The notes under the pieces: generated by a model
Databases searched by the model: none
What the model was told of the DNA's origin: nothing
Seen by the model: only the letters and a program-made list of their open reading frames with translations
Assembly (NCBI GenBank): GCA_964016885.1
Contig: OZ024741.1
Span: 204,414,001-204,478,000, forward strand
Direction: 5' to 3'
Source of the DNA: Eledone cirrhosa
Taxonomy: Eukaryota
Length of the DNA: 64,000 nt
Translations under genes and position numbers: made by a program
In this document: positions 34,377-52,504 of the stretch, in pieces
How the letters are laid out: every line of letters starts with the position of its first letter
Position numbering within the stretch: the stretch's first letter is position 1

Positions 34377-35023
34377 GAGGTATTACATTTGTGTAATATA
34401 TTGTTAGATGCAAGCGCTATAACAATGATATAACGATAGTTTGCAGACCTTATTCCAAAAACTGATTGTAATTCATCTTAGTATATTATTTAACTCTTGT
34501 CTGCGGTGTGTTGTTTTCTAGCAACTACTGCAATGCGTTATAGGGTGTGTGTGTGCGTGCGCTCGTGTTCTTTAGTCTTGACTAACAAAATTCTATAGAC
34601 GAGAAACTCTTTTAAGACAACTTCAATACGTGTGTGTGTGTGTGTGTTTGTGTATATATATGTGTGTGTGTGTAAGACAACGGTGATGTCGCAGTGTCGT
34701 TAGAATACTTTGCGGCATTGATTCCGGGTTCTCTCTGAACTATGAGTTCAAACCCCATCAAGGTCAATTTTACATTTCATCTTTTTGAGGTGGTTAAATA
34801 AGGTAGCAGTACTAGTGTTGATTATTCCTCTAAACTCTCTTTCTCACTGTCTTTCTTTCTCTGGAAGAAATCGGTGAATATATGTGTTTGGTACATTACT
34901 ACAACAGTGCCCTATCTAGAAATGGGTTTGAAGAGAAAATTACTTTTATTGATAATCAACGCAGTACCTGCAACTGAAACAGGCATGGAAACATAAGTTG
35001 ATAAACTCCACCCTTTAATTATG

Positions 35024-35063
<40 letters not shown>

Positions 35064-35069
35064 CATAGA

Positions 35070-35233
35070 GTGCTGGATTTACCATTGAGCTTAGGTGTGC
35101 TTAAGTACAGGGCCCCGTTGACGATGGGGGGGGGGGGGGGGGGGGGGTCTTCCTGCCAAAATTTTTTTTTACCTCCTTCAAGGCCCAAGTAACTTAACTA
35201 GCACAGTGCCTCATTTATCCTAAATTCACCACT
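35070..35233. mobile_element. hAT-like MITE with internal poly-G, between (TA)n tracts
   Basis: Imperfect TIR AGTGCTGGATTTA ... TAAATTCACCACT; long G run near 35126-35147. Confidence 0.5.
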
Positions 35234-35360
35234 ATATATATATATATATATATATAGGAACGAGTAGGACCCACTCGTTCCTATTACCCACTCTACTACC
35301 CTAAGTATTGAGTACTTTGGTGCGTTATGGTCCACCTGGTTCCTTACCACATTTCCTTCG

Positions 35361-35401
<41 letters not shown>

Positions 35402-35436
35402 AAATCAAAGATGATACTTCAAATCATTTTATTAGT

Positions 35437-36008
35437 CACTATAGAAGTGATGGATAGCTTCCGGTACCTAGGAGATCAGATTAGCATGGGGGGGGGGGGG
35501 GGGGTTTCCGAGGCCATAGTATCTAGAATAAGGACAGGCCAGTTATATGATGCCTGTGTGAGGAGCGCGATGCTGCATGGTAGTGAGACATGGGCAACAA
35601 CTGCAGAGGATATGCGATGGCTGGAGAGAAATGAGGCAAGCATGCTCCGTTGGATGTGCAACGTCAATGTGCGTGAACGCCTCAGCATGGATGTGTTGAG
35701 AGAGAAACTATGTTTGAGAGGGATGGAATGTAGTGTGCAAGAGAGGAGACTGCGGTGGTATGGACATGTGATGTGCATGGAGGATGACCGATGGGTGAAG
35801 AAGTGCCAGGAAATGCCAGTTGAAGGAAGACGTGGTAGAGGTAGACCACGAAAAACATGGGCGGAGGTGGTGAGAACAGACCTCAGATCGCTGAAGCTCA
35901 CGGTGGAGATGATGAAGGACCGTGACAAGTGGAGAGATGCTGTGCTGAATAAGACCCGCCCCATCCTTGCAAGCAGGGAAAAGCGGACGTAAAATGATGA
36001 TGATGATG
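35437..36008 (+). mobile_element. RTE LINE 3' remnant (open frame to the natural stop)
   Basis: IEVMDSFRYLGD, LYDACVRSAMLHGSETW, VQERRLRWYGHV, RRGRGRPRKTW, then (GAT)n. Confidence 0.92.
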
Positions 36009-36769
36009 TGTGTGTGTGCATATATATATATATACATATGTGCATATATATATGTGTGGGAAAAGCGGATGTAAAATGATGATGATGATGTGTGTGTGTG
36101 CATATATGTGTGTGTGTGTGCATATATATATGTGTGTGCATATATATATGCATATATATCATCATATATATATATGTGTGTGCATATATATGTAGATTAT
36201 ATACATATATTTCATCAGCATCACCTCATACTGAATGCAATGGGTGTGTTTCAATATCATATTAACATCAGAGTGACCGTGGTCTTTCTCTTTCAGTCAG
36301 TGTCTGGTGATGCTGATGAAATATATGTATATAATATATATGCATAGGCATGTGTGTATATGTATGTATATGTGCATATAGATAGATAGATAGATATAGA
36401 GAGAGAATAAGGAAAAGTTTTGTGTAGGTGATAAAAAGTCCTTTATTAACAAAGCTGTGATACATATTTCAATGGTGATTGTGGCCACATGATTGTTCAA
36501 TCATGTAACCAGTCACGTGATATCATCAGACAATATCTTATATGGAATTAGGTTGTTTTCGAGGCAATCCAACCTAAAGAGAAGAGAACTGACAAAAGGC
36601 TTGTTTTCATAGCTGAAGTCCATTCCCAAGTGGACTGTGGCTGAGGCAGGCATGGGGGTGGTGTAAAGGTGTTGGCAAAGGGTGGGGTGATTAGGATGTG
36701 TGTGGTGTGTTAGGGTGTGAGACGTGTATTGAAAGGAGGGGAGGGGGTTAAGTGGTGCTTACTAGATGT

Positions 36770-37975
36770 ATGCTTCGACCCGTGTGCATAACGACAAAGA
36801 TCTTGATCCTGTGTCATTGCCTTTGAGAATTGCAATTGTGCAAGGTCAGCTTTTATCACTTCATGCCAGGTCTTCCTATTCCATAGCTTTTATCAACTAG
36901 GTTTTCCTATTCCATAGCTTTCATCAACTTTGATCACCCTGCACCTTTATATACAGCTGTCATCCTTCATTCACATCACATGTCCATACCAATGTAATTA
37001 CTTCTCCTACACAATACATCTGATCCCCCTTATGCCCAGTTTCTCTCTCAGTTCATTTACACTTTGCAGTTCATGTATATTACTATTATACATCCATCAG
37101 AACATGCAGGCCTTCTGCCATTTGAAGGAGCTAGTATCCTGTGGGCTCGTGCGCCGCATAAAAAACCTATGTTCTTTGTTAGCCTACCTGTAATCCCACT
37201 ACATATCTTTTATACCCATAGCTTGCATTTGGGACATAGGGCGGAATTTCTACTCTGAGGGAATCTGGGCCCTATTTACTTTTCTTCATACTAGGACTTT
37301 AGTGTTTGACAAGTTAACTTTAAGACCTTTTAATTCTAGGCCATGCTTCCAGGTTTGGAAGTTCCCATGGGCAGCCAGACTTAAACTCTTCTGTTATAGC
37401 CTGTAGGATGACTTGCCTTAAATGGGACCTGTCTAACCCATACTAGCGTGGAAAATAGACATCAAACGATTATGATGATGATTGTTAATTCTATCCTTGC
37501 TGACTATTCTTCTATGCATGGCTTGTCCTGCCTTCATGAGCTACTCATCTACTCCTAGTTTTCTAAGAGCCTACCAGATAATGGAATGGAGGATTCTGTC
37601 AAAGGCTTTCTCCAGGTGAACAAAAGCTAAGTTGAGGTGTTTACTTTTGGCTAGGTACTTCTACAGATGCCTTACCAGGAAGAGAGCATCAGTGGTGTTT
37701 TTATTTGGCACAAATCCAAACTGCATTTTATATAGGTTAACTTGGTCCCTAATCAGCTGTGCTATAATTCTTTCTGTGACCTTCATGACCTGGTCAACCA
37801 ACTTGATGCCTCTATAGTTTTCTCTGTCTAGAGCATCACCTTTGCCGTTGTAGCAGTTATCGATGCTGCTGCTATACCACTCATTGGGTATGACAGCATT
37901 TTGTATTACTTAGTTTACAATATGGGTGGCCATTGCATGACCCACTATCCCAGATGCTTTCAGCATCTCAGCTGA
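36770..37975 (-). mobile_element. Degenerate RTE LINE remnant, antisense to VPS13
   Basis: Minus strand has NYRGIKLVDQVMKV, MQFGFVP, LAFVHLEKAFD and GLKVNLSNTKV, with many deletions. Confidence 0.85.
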
Positions 37976-38357
37976 TGAATATTCTATATTGCGGATGAAT
38001 ATTCTAACGTCAAAAAAACAAATGTATATGTTATGAAGGATTTTACAAGGTGAAGATAGAATGAGGGTAATGAGTAAACAAGTATTATAGAGTGTATAAT
38101 GCCCTTTGAAGTAAGGTAGGAAGATGGGTATATTTTAAAGAGGTGTATGTATATGTGCCTTTGAGAAAAGATTCTAAATTAATAAAGAATTGAATATTAG
38201 CTGTATACTTTGTGAAAAGTCCTATGGAATTTATGCAGGCAGATAGAAAACAAATCTGTACGTCTATTTATTATAGAATCTAGATTAGAGATAATGGTAA
38301 ATTTTCATTTAGGCAGAGATTACATTGCTTTATTGTACTACAATAAAACTCACCTCC

Positions 38358-41722
<3,365 letters not shown>

Positions 41723-42983
41723 AGTATACTTATTTAAATATAATATGTCATTTAATACTATAATTTTATTTTCAGCAGTAATAATGGTTATGCTAACATA
41801 TAAATTTGAAATGAGTAACCTCATGTTGAACTTTGTTTCCATTGTGTATGCATACAAACTTTATCTGTTCTTAGACATGCACACACAATCATATGAGCCA
41901 CCGGAATTTCCCTAATATTTTTTTAGGTAAGCCAACACTTTGCTGCGAGTGATACCGAGGCTATGACGCAGGAATAGCGAAGCACCCTCACGAGGAGCAA
42001 GCACCAACTAATACGTCGGTAAGGCGAATCACCAACAATGACAATAACCTCGTCGTCAGAGGCCCATCTTCCCTAAATGCCTCGAATGCTATAAGTTGAA
42101 AAAATAGTTTGCTGATAATTTCTGTCATATTTTCAGAAAACTTAGATTACGGTGATGAACAATATATTTTATGATACAAAGTGATTTATATCGATTTCTT
42201 ACATCAGCATAACGTCTCAGATACATAAAGAGAAATGCCGGAAGATGTAACTTAGAATGTTTATGCATCTCCGTAAAAACAAGAATTGTTTGGTCACTAC
42301 ATATTTGTTGTAGAATTCAATAATTCCCCAATTAAAAAAAAATCACTTTAGTATATTTTATATATTTAATGGTATTTATCTTATCTTCCAAAATAGACAT
42401 ATGTGCAATATGACTGCTTATGATGTCAAAGAATATGTTTAGTTTCACTTTACTGCCCGGTGTTGTTTAAACCCCAACCCTAACTCTTGATTCTAGTAAA
42501 TATATGATCAAAACTATTCTAGCTGTGACTAAATTGCAATTGTTTGTTCAATGAGTGAATTAGAACAGTACACACAAAATAAACTATTTTATCTATTTCT
42601 TTATTTTATTTCTTTTTTATCACCATTCTTTCGTACCTACCCGCTTTCTCCTTTACTTTCTTTCTCCATCCCGACAAGCTTTCTCTTGCTACACGTTTAC
42701 CTGCCGCCCGCATTCTTCCGTACTAAAATAGCTCATTGTGTGTGCATTCAGACAGACTTGTAAACTTTCTCTGGTTTCTTTTTCGTCTTTTAAAATCTTT
42801 CATTGCTAACACATTGCTTGTCTGTATGCACTCACTCACTCACACGTGCGTTGTTGTAGTACGATATTAGATTTAATAGTTTTTATCAATCTTTTTCCAG
42901 CCCACAACTTTGCTTTAATCGTTGTTAATAACTCTATTAAAGTAAAATTATCTGTAATTACCAAACTTGTCGAAAGAGAGAGA

Positions 42984-43029
<46 letters not shown>

Positions 43030-44248
43030 TCTTACATTCTTAACTCCTCCGAAAGCTTATCATATTTCCTTTCCTCTCAAACTATAAGTATTCTTATTCT
43101 CTCTCGCTCTTCCCATCTCTCACTATTATAAGCAAACGGGAGCCCACGTGCCCTTCGCCCCGTGGCCCCAACCGACAGGATAGAGAAGGCAGTTGTAGTT
43201 TAGATTATAGAAGTAGGCGTAGCATGTTAAAATAATTCACTTTTATTTATGAAAACAAATTTTTGTTTTTAAATGTTCCCTTTTCTGCAATTTAATAAAA
43301 TAGCATATTTCCTACATCTATCTTTATTGCTGTATTAGAAAAATATAAAAACACATTTCTACCTATCGGACTACATACAGATGACCCGCGTCTCTTGCGT
43401 ATATTGCTCATTACATTACCAAAATATGTCCGCAACTATTTTAAGCACAGTGATGATGGTGGTTGTAGTGACAAGACATAAATAATTTGGTTTTAGGAAT
43501 CCACTGAATACATAATCTTCGTCTAGTATATTTAAGATATGTCACTCTGACAAAATTCATCCTTCTGCGAGCTATACTCACAGGAAGTATTAAATTAGAT
43601 TTTGCAAGCTAAGTATGTTATTGCTGCAGACTGCGGCAGTGAACTGCACCACCTTGTTTCCACCCATTTACAACAGGGTGTGACCAGTTCAGTACATTGG
43701 CCGTGGATACAGTACAGCACTGGTCAGAATATGCACTACCTGTTAACTATTATATATTCTAAAGTCTTAAAGGGAATCTCTTTGTGGCCACTATACCATC
43801 CCAAATCAATAATACGATGATTACTTTTTTTTTTAAGTATTTAACCCCTTTGAGACTAACCCGGCAAAAACCGGCTCTGGTCCTATGAAACATTTTAAAG
43901 GCTTCTTATTTAAATTAAAATCTTCCAACAATTTTGTATCAGAACCATTTGTTAAGTTACTAAATTAATAATGAAATAATCATTAATTTTAGTAAATTCA
44001 TCAAAATATTTCATAAATCAAATAGGGTATTACATTAGAAATATAGTCATTGATTTTTATACTTGGTCACAGCAAATATATATATAGAATTTCTATTTAT
44101 TCAGTTATATTGACTGCTAGCTTGGTCTGAATATTTATATTGTTGCTAGTGCTTATGAATCACCTTCAGTCACCTGCCTTTCTTTATAATTACATATTTT
44201 TATTGGGAAAGATTTGATTTGATTTTTCATTTATGATTTATCAATATA

Positions 44249-45715
44249 CTAGTGATCACCCAACCTTCGCCTTGGTCTGTGCTCAAATCTTTTCATAAAG
44301 CACCTATTGTCGTCTGTCGTAATGCCCATTTTCCTTAAAATAAAAGCTGTTAAAAGGTATTTAGATATTCTAAATATTTTTTTAAATTATGTTATGCAAT
44401 AATCTTCATAGAATACATTTTCTATTCTTTTCATTTCTTTATTACTTTCTGAGGTTTCATCACTCGCCACATTCAATTTTTTGAAAAAGATGGGGATTTA
44501 TAATGAAAAAAGAAAATAATAGAAAAATGTATTCTACGAAAATTATAAAACATTTACAGAACTTCAGTATATACAATGTTTTTAAATTTTTTCTTTGGAG
44601 CACATATATGAAGAGTTTGTGGGAACTGCCTACTCTGGATACCTAAATACAATTGACCATGTGAGAAACAGCCCTCTTCTAGATGGAGACTGACAACCTG
44701 CAGTGTTTGACCTTGGGACTTGTTAATGGTCATTGCGTAACTGACTCTCACTGGGAATTGCAATCATTTAAAACAAAAGGGGACATCTGTTGGTATTAGT
44801 GGTATTCTAGGTGATGTCCTCCTTACCACATCCACTGAGGAGTTTGGCTTTGTTAATGTGAAGCTGTAGTTCAGTGACAACCATACGCATCCCATTGCAC
44901 AATATTGGCTGATCCAGGTTTCTGAGATGCATGATAACTCTACCCTTCAATTCAAGATTGTGTGGCAGCATACTGGATGGCTCCAGACTGTTGAGAAATT
45001 CAATGGGATAATGAACAGCTTCATCCTCTTTGACAACTTTGTCATCATCATCATCATCATCATCATCTTCGTTTAACATCCATCTTCCATGCTAGCATGG
45101 GTTGTCAATAGATTTATAGATCTAGCCATGTCCAGGGATCATTTATGAGAGATTTTTTTTTTATGGCAATCACTGATGTTTTTTGGAACAAGGATTGCTC
45201 TTTCACACAGCCAGTCCTTGGGCAGCTCCTGACTCCTTTATATAACACATGGACATTTCATTCAAACTGAGGCCCAAGCCAATTTGAAAGCAGAATGAGC
45301 TGTCCAAACTCCAGGTAAACGTGTAGCATCAATTCCAAATGAAGAAACTGTTAAAGCTATCTTTTGGTCTTGTTGAATTTTAAGCAACAATAGGTTATCA
45401 AGAAGGTTTTACCGGTGTCGTTCGGAGAATCGATAAAAAATAGGCCACTATTCGGTTTTGACTCAAGTATAATGTTATATGTTACTTTTTGACTATCTAG
45501 TAGTTTGGGCTCATTTTCATTAACATAGGAGATGAGGTCCTCTACGTTGTATGAAGTTTCTTGCACAATTTCAAACCCAAGGCCATAAAAATGAGTTCTA
45601 TTGGTGCGGAGAATATAAAATAAATGCAGAGCAGGTCCATCTATTTTTGCCAGTTTGTCTTCAATTTCAATCAAAGCTGTATTATAATCTTTGTCTGAAA
45701 AAAATTACTTCTATG
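44249..45715 (-). mobile_element. Helitron remnant (RepHel helicase part plus 3' terminus), with an RTE tail inserted at 45041-45103
   Basis: GLFFIDSPNDTGKTFLI (Walker A), YPIEFLNSLEPSSMLPHNLELK, LRNLDQPILCNGMR, QFPVRVSYAMTINKSQGQTL and CFSHGQLY. Degenerate hairpin then CTAG at 44249-44252. Confidence 0.9.
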
Positions 45716-48700
45716 CTTAATTCCAAATTGCCTGCAACTCCCTTTGGTTCTACAATACAAAACTTTATTTTAAAGTGTTTATATTATCTAAAAACCTTCC
45801 ATCATAATTAAATAATTGATGATGATGTTCTAAATTCTAGCTTAATATTGCTTTTTAATTTAGGCACAAGGCCAGCAATTTTTTTTTTTTTTTTTTTTTT
45901 AGGGGGGGGGGGGTCGATTATACTGACCCAGTACTTTACTGATACTTTATTTTATCAATCCCAAAGGGATGACAGGCAAAGTTGACCTCAGCAGGATTTG
46001 AAACCAAAATGTAGATGGATGTAATAAAATACTGCAATGCACGAGAAAGTTAGTTATATTACCAAATCCCTCCAAATTCTTGATTATTTTCCAAATGGTT
46101 TGTAAATCAGAGGTAATGTGCTTTTCATTAGAAATATGGTGGTAATGAAATGGTTAATTCTTAAAGAACCTCATGGTTAAAAACACATGTTACAAAGAAA
46201 ATGATTTTTTTTCTGAATTATCTATAGCCTTTATTTGTATAGTTTAATTTTTTCCTCCATTGTTAAAATTATTTTAACTAATGTATAATGAAAATATGTG
46301 TGTATATATACAGTGAGGTGACAAATTGGCAGAATCATTAGAACATAGGATAGAATGTAATTCTAGCTGTCTGTGCTAAAATCTCACCAAAGTCAACTTT
46401 GCCTTTCATCCTTTTGAGGTTGAAAAAATGTACCCATCTAGTACTGGAGTCGATTCCTTGTGTATATATTTTTCTCACTTCCTCACTCTCTTTCTCTTGG
46501 AGAAATTGGCTATGTTCAGACCACCAGCTTTTAAATGCCCAAGGTTATATTGGCACCCCTGTGAATCTATTAGGGGTTATGGGTCCATACATATATACAG
46601 TGTATATATATATATATATATATATATGTGTATATATATATATATATACACACACAAGCACACAAACACACACAAGCACACACACACAAGCACACAAGCG
46701 CACACACACACAACACACTTTACAATTACTGACCTTGTATATGAACTTTTTTTTTTCTGTGGAAACACAAGATATATAGGTAGAATTTAGAAATATTTCA
46801 AAACCCAAATATTTCAGCTCACTAGTCAGTAATTCAGACAGTAAGCATCACAGATATGGAATTGTTCTTGAGCTGGGCACATGTTGTTTTCACAGAGAAA
46901 TATGTGCTGTTTTTGGGAAAGCTATCAAATGACAAAACATAAAATCATGTGCAACAGCAAAAGTTGCACATATTCTTGTAAATAGAAATAATAATGGGGA
47001 TTTGTAATTTTGGTATAAGGCTACAGTTTTTGAGAGAAATGGATAGTTAGTTAACCCTTTTGTGGCCATATTTCTGATGAAATACAACCTATTTCAAGTA
47101 ATTAATAAAGAGTTTTACTAAAATCCTTAATTTTTTTTTTACTAAGATAGTAACTTAACATACAGTTCTAATGTATAATTGTTAGGAGGTTTGAATTTAA
47201 ATAGGAATGCTTTAAAATGAATGGTTTTGTTTTATAGAAGCAGAGTCAGTTTTGGCTAGGTTGGTATTAAAAAGGTTAAATAACCCATGGTACATGTCTA
47301 GTACTTATTTTGTCACAGCTGGAAGAATGAATGATGAATGATGAAGATGACTTTGGTGTGATTTGAATCTTTTTCTACACCATTACCATATCTTCCATAT
47401 CTTCCACTTAGCTAACATATCACACTGTTAACAAAATCATGTGCAACTGTTTTCTAAATCTTAATGGTATTTGGTCTGAGTGATTAAAAGATATAGAATA
47501 TGCATTTTTTTTTTTATTTGTAATTGGATTCTGTTAGCTTAAAAAGATTTTTTAGCAGTGCTAATTTCTAGAAAAAATTTGATGGAAAAATAGACCATAT
47601 GTTAAACCTTTTAGCATTTACATTACTCTATATTTACTATTGTATTTTCAGGGCAAAGGCTTTACTTCACATATCGAATCTTATGAGATTTTGATATTAT
47701 TTATTTTGAGAACAATACCTTAACATCAGTATAGCTAGCTGGTTATAGCTGGTTTGAACAGAAAGAGGGGAGAGAATTCTGGCCGGATATTGTCAGTTTA
47801 AATGCTAAAGGGTTAAATATGAGAAAATACCAAAATAAATGTTGACATTAGGCATAGTCATCATAACTCATTTTTACATCTGTTTTTCCATACTGGACAG
47901 GTCATTACAGACCAGGTGGGCTCTTAATTGGAGCTACTTTCCTCCTAGGTGATTCTCACTCAATACATTTCATCTTTGATATACTTTCTATGGCTAGATG
48001 TCCTTCTTACTACCAAGCACTTTAAAGAGTGTAATGGGAGCAGTTTATGAAGGCACTAGTAATAGTCTATTTAAACTTTTTGATACCAAATCGCCGAAAG
48101 GTGCTTCTGTTTCTATGAAACAAAACTTTAAAGGGTTCCTACTTAAATAATTTTATATAAGATTTTGTTATGTTACAAATACCATCTAGATGAAATTATA
48201 ATTTTAGTAAATCCTTCCCAAATTATTCATTATTTAATTAAAATACTGTAATACTTTAATTAGAATGTATAGTCTTTCCATACATTTTGATTGGTACTCC
48301 GGTTGTGGTAGTAGTAATAGTAAACAACTCTAACTATAGGAAAAAATAAACTATTGTGTCACAGATGATATTGCAAAATTGGCAACAGTTACAATTAAAA
48401 GCAGACACAAGCACATTGTTTTGTCCTTTCAACTTGGTAACTCCATACTGTTTGGACAGGGGTAAACTACTGGCTCATCAAACATTTTGCTGTAAGGCAT
48501 TCTTCTTGCTACATCACCTACTCTTGTGTCTTGTTTTTTGTTTCCATCAGTCTTAATAACTAATCTGTTCTTCATCGCACATTGTTTGATTTAAATATTG
48601 AATATTTATTTATTCATTTCATCATTCATGTCTGTGTTCTGTACTGTATTTTCATCTTATTCCATGTCCTTTAAAATACTCCAGGATAGTGAGTGTTTAA

Positions 48701-50467
48701 CTATCTTGCTAGACACTAGGACCCTGAATGTACCAGCAGTAGTGTTAGGAGGGGTTGAAACTGTGTAAGTCTGTTTTAACAGCCAAAGACGACAATAGAG
48801 TTTGTTTTGTTAATGTTACTGTTTTTGTATCATCTGTATACCATCCTGTCCCATTATGTCCACGTGCTTTCGCCACAACTTCTCAGAAGAGAACAAAGAG
48901 TTGCCAGAAAAAATTGGGGAACTACTGACTCAAATAAGCAGTCAGAATCAATATATCCTATGGATGTAAGCTTGCATATCCATTCTTTCAACTTGAATAG
49001 AAAAGCAGATGAATTTATGACTCATATAGAAAAGTGTATTGTTAAGAATATTGCATTGTGTTCTTTTTGTTTACCTAGTATAGTCAGTTTTTTCTGACAT
49101 CACAATTGGTCTTACTTGCTTTACTACTTCTATCAGTTAGTGCTTTTATGATCTCTACTCCACAAAATACTAATATCATAATCCATTTAAATGCTTTGCT
49201 CTTCATCGTTTAATCTTTTTGTTACCATATGTTTTAAAAAAGAATTTTTAAATAATCAAGAATTGGAGGAATTTAATAAAATAACTTTTAGATGGTATTT
49301 GCAGCCTAGCTTAGCAAAAGTTTTAAAATAAAAGTATGATTGAAGCTTTTTTAGATAAACTTTTAAACAAGCAGTTTTGTAACATAGAACCAGGGACAGA
49401 TTCATGTGCTTCAATCTACTAGAGACTTTGTCAAGCAATTGGCCCAATATTGCTCTGATATTAGTAAATTGATATTTCTTGATATGTTTTATCTAAATTT
49501 AATTTGAGAATTTCCACACCAATTTTTGTAGAATAAAAGATATTGACATTGTTTGTTTTGTAAATAGAGTAGTAATCATTGTAAAAATACAATTTTGCTT
49601 TGAAAGTTTCACACATTTTGATTTCCTTTCAGTTATATTTTTACCCGCAAAGAAAAATGTTAATTATAGTCAGCTTATGTACACCATAAATATATCTTTT
49701 TATTATAATTTTATAAATGTATTTTTTTTTATTTGTGTGCTTGTATATATATATATATATATATATATATAATGATATTGCAAACTGTAATGCTTGCTGT
49801 ATTTAAATATACAGCATTACTCTTAGCAGATTCTAATATATTGTCTGCTGTTGGTACAATCTTTACAGACCAAGAAAAATGCAGAAGTAACTAATATTTT
49901 TTTTTCTCTTTAATATATAGAAAAAGTAGATAGAAACTGAATACTGTGTAGGTGGTACAACTCATGGTTGCACAAGTACTATGGTGGAATTCTAGTTTGA
50001 TTGTACAAATATTATTTAGTTGCTTTAATGTAGCAAACAGTATACTCTCATTAGTGATATATAAAGTAGAAATAGCAAATAAGTTTTCATTTTTCACATA
50101 GGATTTGTTCAGATGGCACCAGCAGCAACGACAAGTTCACAGTAGCCGGAAGAGTTCATTTGTAGGCTTGGTCTTTTAATAAAGCTGTCTACAGGATGGA
50201 AAGTTACAATGTCTAAAATGAAATGAATATGAGTCATTGCATGAGTGATAATCTGAACTGAAAGCATGGGTTAATAAGTTCTTTAGAAATTGTGTTATGT
50301 TAATACTTATTTTTATTATTAAGAAGAACCTATGATTTTAGACATTTGTTAATGAAAGTGGTTGCAGCTGGTGCAATTCAAGAAAGAATGTTGTCAAATT
50401 ATCATAATTACTTTTGCTATCATAATATAATAAAGGGAGGAGTAAAATAAGTTGTATTACTTTAAAT

Positions 50468-50703
50468 AAATAATTGTTTCTACTTTAGGCACAAGGCCAG
50501 CAATTACCCAGTGCATTACTGGTACTTTAAATAAATAATGAATGAATATTACATAATTTATGATCTAAATTTCGTAGCTGTTGATTAAACATAAATATTC
50601 TTATATATAATTGTTTCTACTTTAGGCACGAGGCCAGCAATTACCCAGTGCATTACTGGTACTTTATTTTATCGACCCCGTAAGGATGAAAGGCAAAGTC
50701 AAT
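50468..50703 (-). mobile_element. Two short SINE family A 3' fragments
   Basis: AATTGTTTCTACTTTAGGCACAAGGCCAGCAATTACCCAG appears twice. Confidence 0.8.
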
Positions 50704-52504
50704 ATAATGATTGCTTATTTCAAGATTCACTTCTTTTAAAATTTCCAAATGTCAATACTTTCGGTTATGATATAACGGACACTATATCACATCACTTATA
50801 TAAGCATTCATATATTTGCATCATTAAATCATAACGTTTATATTTCTGTCACTAATTTTCTCTTTTTTTTTTGTTTTCATTACATTTCACTGTAATGCAG
50901 TTTATATATAATATCGTCTTTTTTAAATGTATCATGGATTACTTTACTGATTACAGAAGACAGTGTAACACAGTCTCTCTTCAATTTCTGTGCATATTCT
51001 TAATTACGATTTTATTTGACATATCATATCTACATGCATATATATATTTGCGTATAATATCAATATGCACATTACACATGCTAGCAGAAAAACCACCTGA
51101 AAGATGGTTTTTCTGCTAGTCTTAGTAAAACTGTTTTACAGTGTACTTTATAGCCTGTAGCAGTGGAGATTTCCAGCATTCTTGGCTGCCAGACCACATC
51201 CCTACTCAATGCTATTAGAATGGGTGCAAGCCCCACATGAGGGAGTGGCTGTTCTAGCATGTCATCCTCGCCATCCCCTGGTGCAATACATTCTCCATCC
51301 TGTCGGCCAGGAACTAGTTGGAGGTATAGGATACTCGTTTGGACATCACGCGTTTACAATATGAAAATTGATAGCTTTGTCATGATTTCATCTAACCCAT
51401 TCCAGTATTCGTACAAAATCTCTACATGGAAGGATTGTTTAGATGATGTTGGCATCATCTTTAAAATACACCTAAGACTCGGGTTCTATGCTATCCACCC
51501 ACAACAAAAATCAAATGTGCATCTCATAACAACATTCCAGCACAATTGTTTCTCCTCAACTGGTCTCGTTCTCTTTAACATGACACCAAAACACAAACAG
51601 AGCCCATAAAATTCAAAAAGTCTTTAGACAAATCCCAGATAAACGTTTCTACACCTGGATATGTCTCTGCAAACAATAACTCTCTACTCCAAATCCTGAT
51701 TTGAAAGACTTTACCAGGTGGTGCTATTAGGTTAGACATGGCCTGGGCCAATAATGGCCAAAACCTATCAAAGTCAAGTTTGTGTGTGTGTTCCATGCCA
51801 GAACTGAGCTCCATGTACATTGAGGTGGTCAAGCTTTGTATTGAGCAGACAACTGTCATATATATATATATATGTATGTATGTGTATATATATATATGTA
51901 TGTGTATATATATGTGTATATATATATATATGTATGTGTATATATATGTGTATATATATATATATGTATGTGTATATATATGTGCATATATATATGTATG
52001 TGTATAAAAAAGTATGTGTATAAGTATGTATATGTCATCATCATCATCATTTTATGTCCACTTTTTCTTGCTTGCAAGGGTGGGACGTATGTGTGTGTGT
52101 GTATGTATGTATGTGTATATATATATATATGTGTGTGTGTCTAAATTACTGGACGTAGGCTGTCCCTGAGTCAAATATCTCCAAATTTTTTTATTTTTTT
52201 GTTTCCATGTACCCAACTTGTGTTACCATGATTCCTTTATTACTGTTATGCAATACATCTGATCATGTTGCTGGAATTCTACTGGCCATTGAAATATATG
52301 TAGTGTCTGCAGAAATAAATACTTTAAAGGAATTTCAACTTTTCGGCTTCCTATCACTTTGTTCAATAATATTTAACTCTGTTCCCGTGCCACCAACAGA
52401 TTCTTACACCAAAGATGATTGAGTTGTGCCATGTTGAGTGCTTTTCCTACTATTGCATCATGGTTAACTATACGGAATGACCAGTTCTATCCAGTGGTGA
52501 ACCA

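Noticed and set aside
36428-36474. VPS13 exon 2 candidate (TAG|GTGATAAAAAG...ATG|GTGATT)
   Set aside because: The translation GDKKSFINKAVIHISM has no similarity to the chorein continuation, and the splice context is weak.
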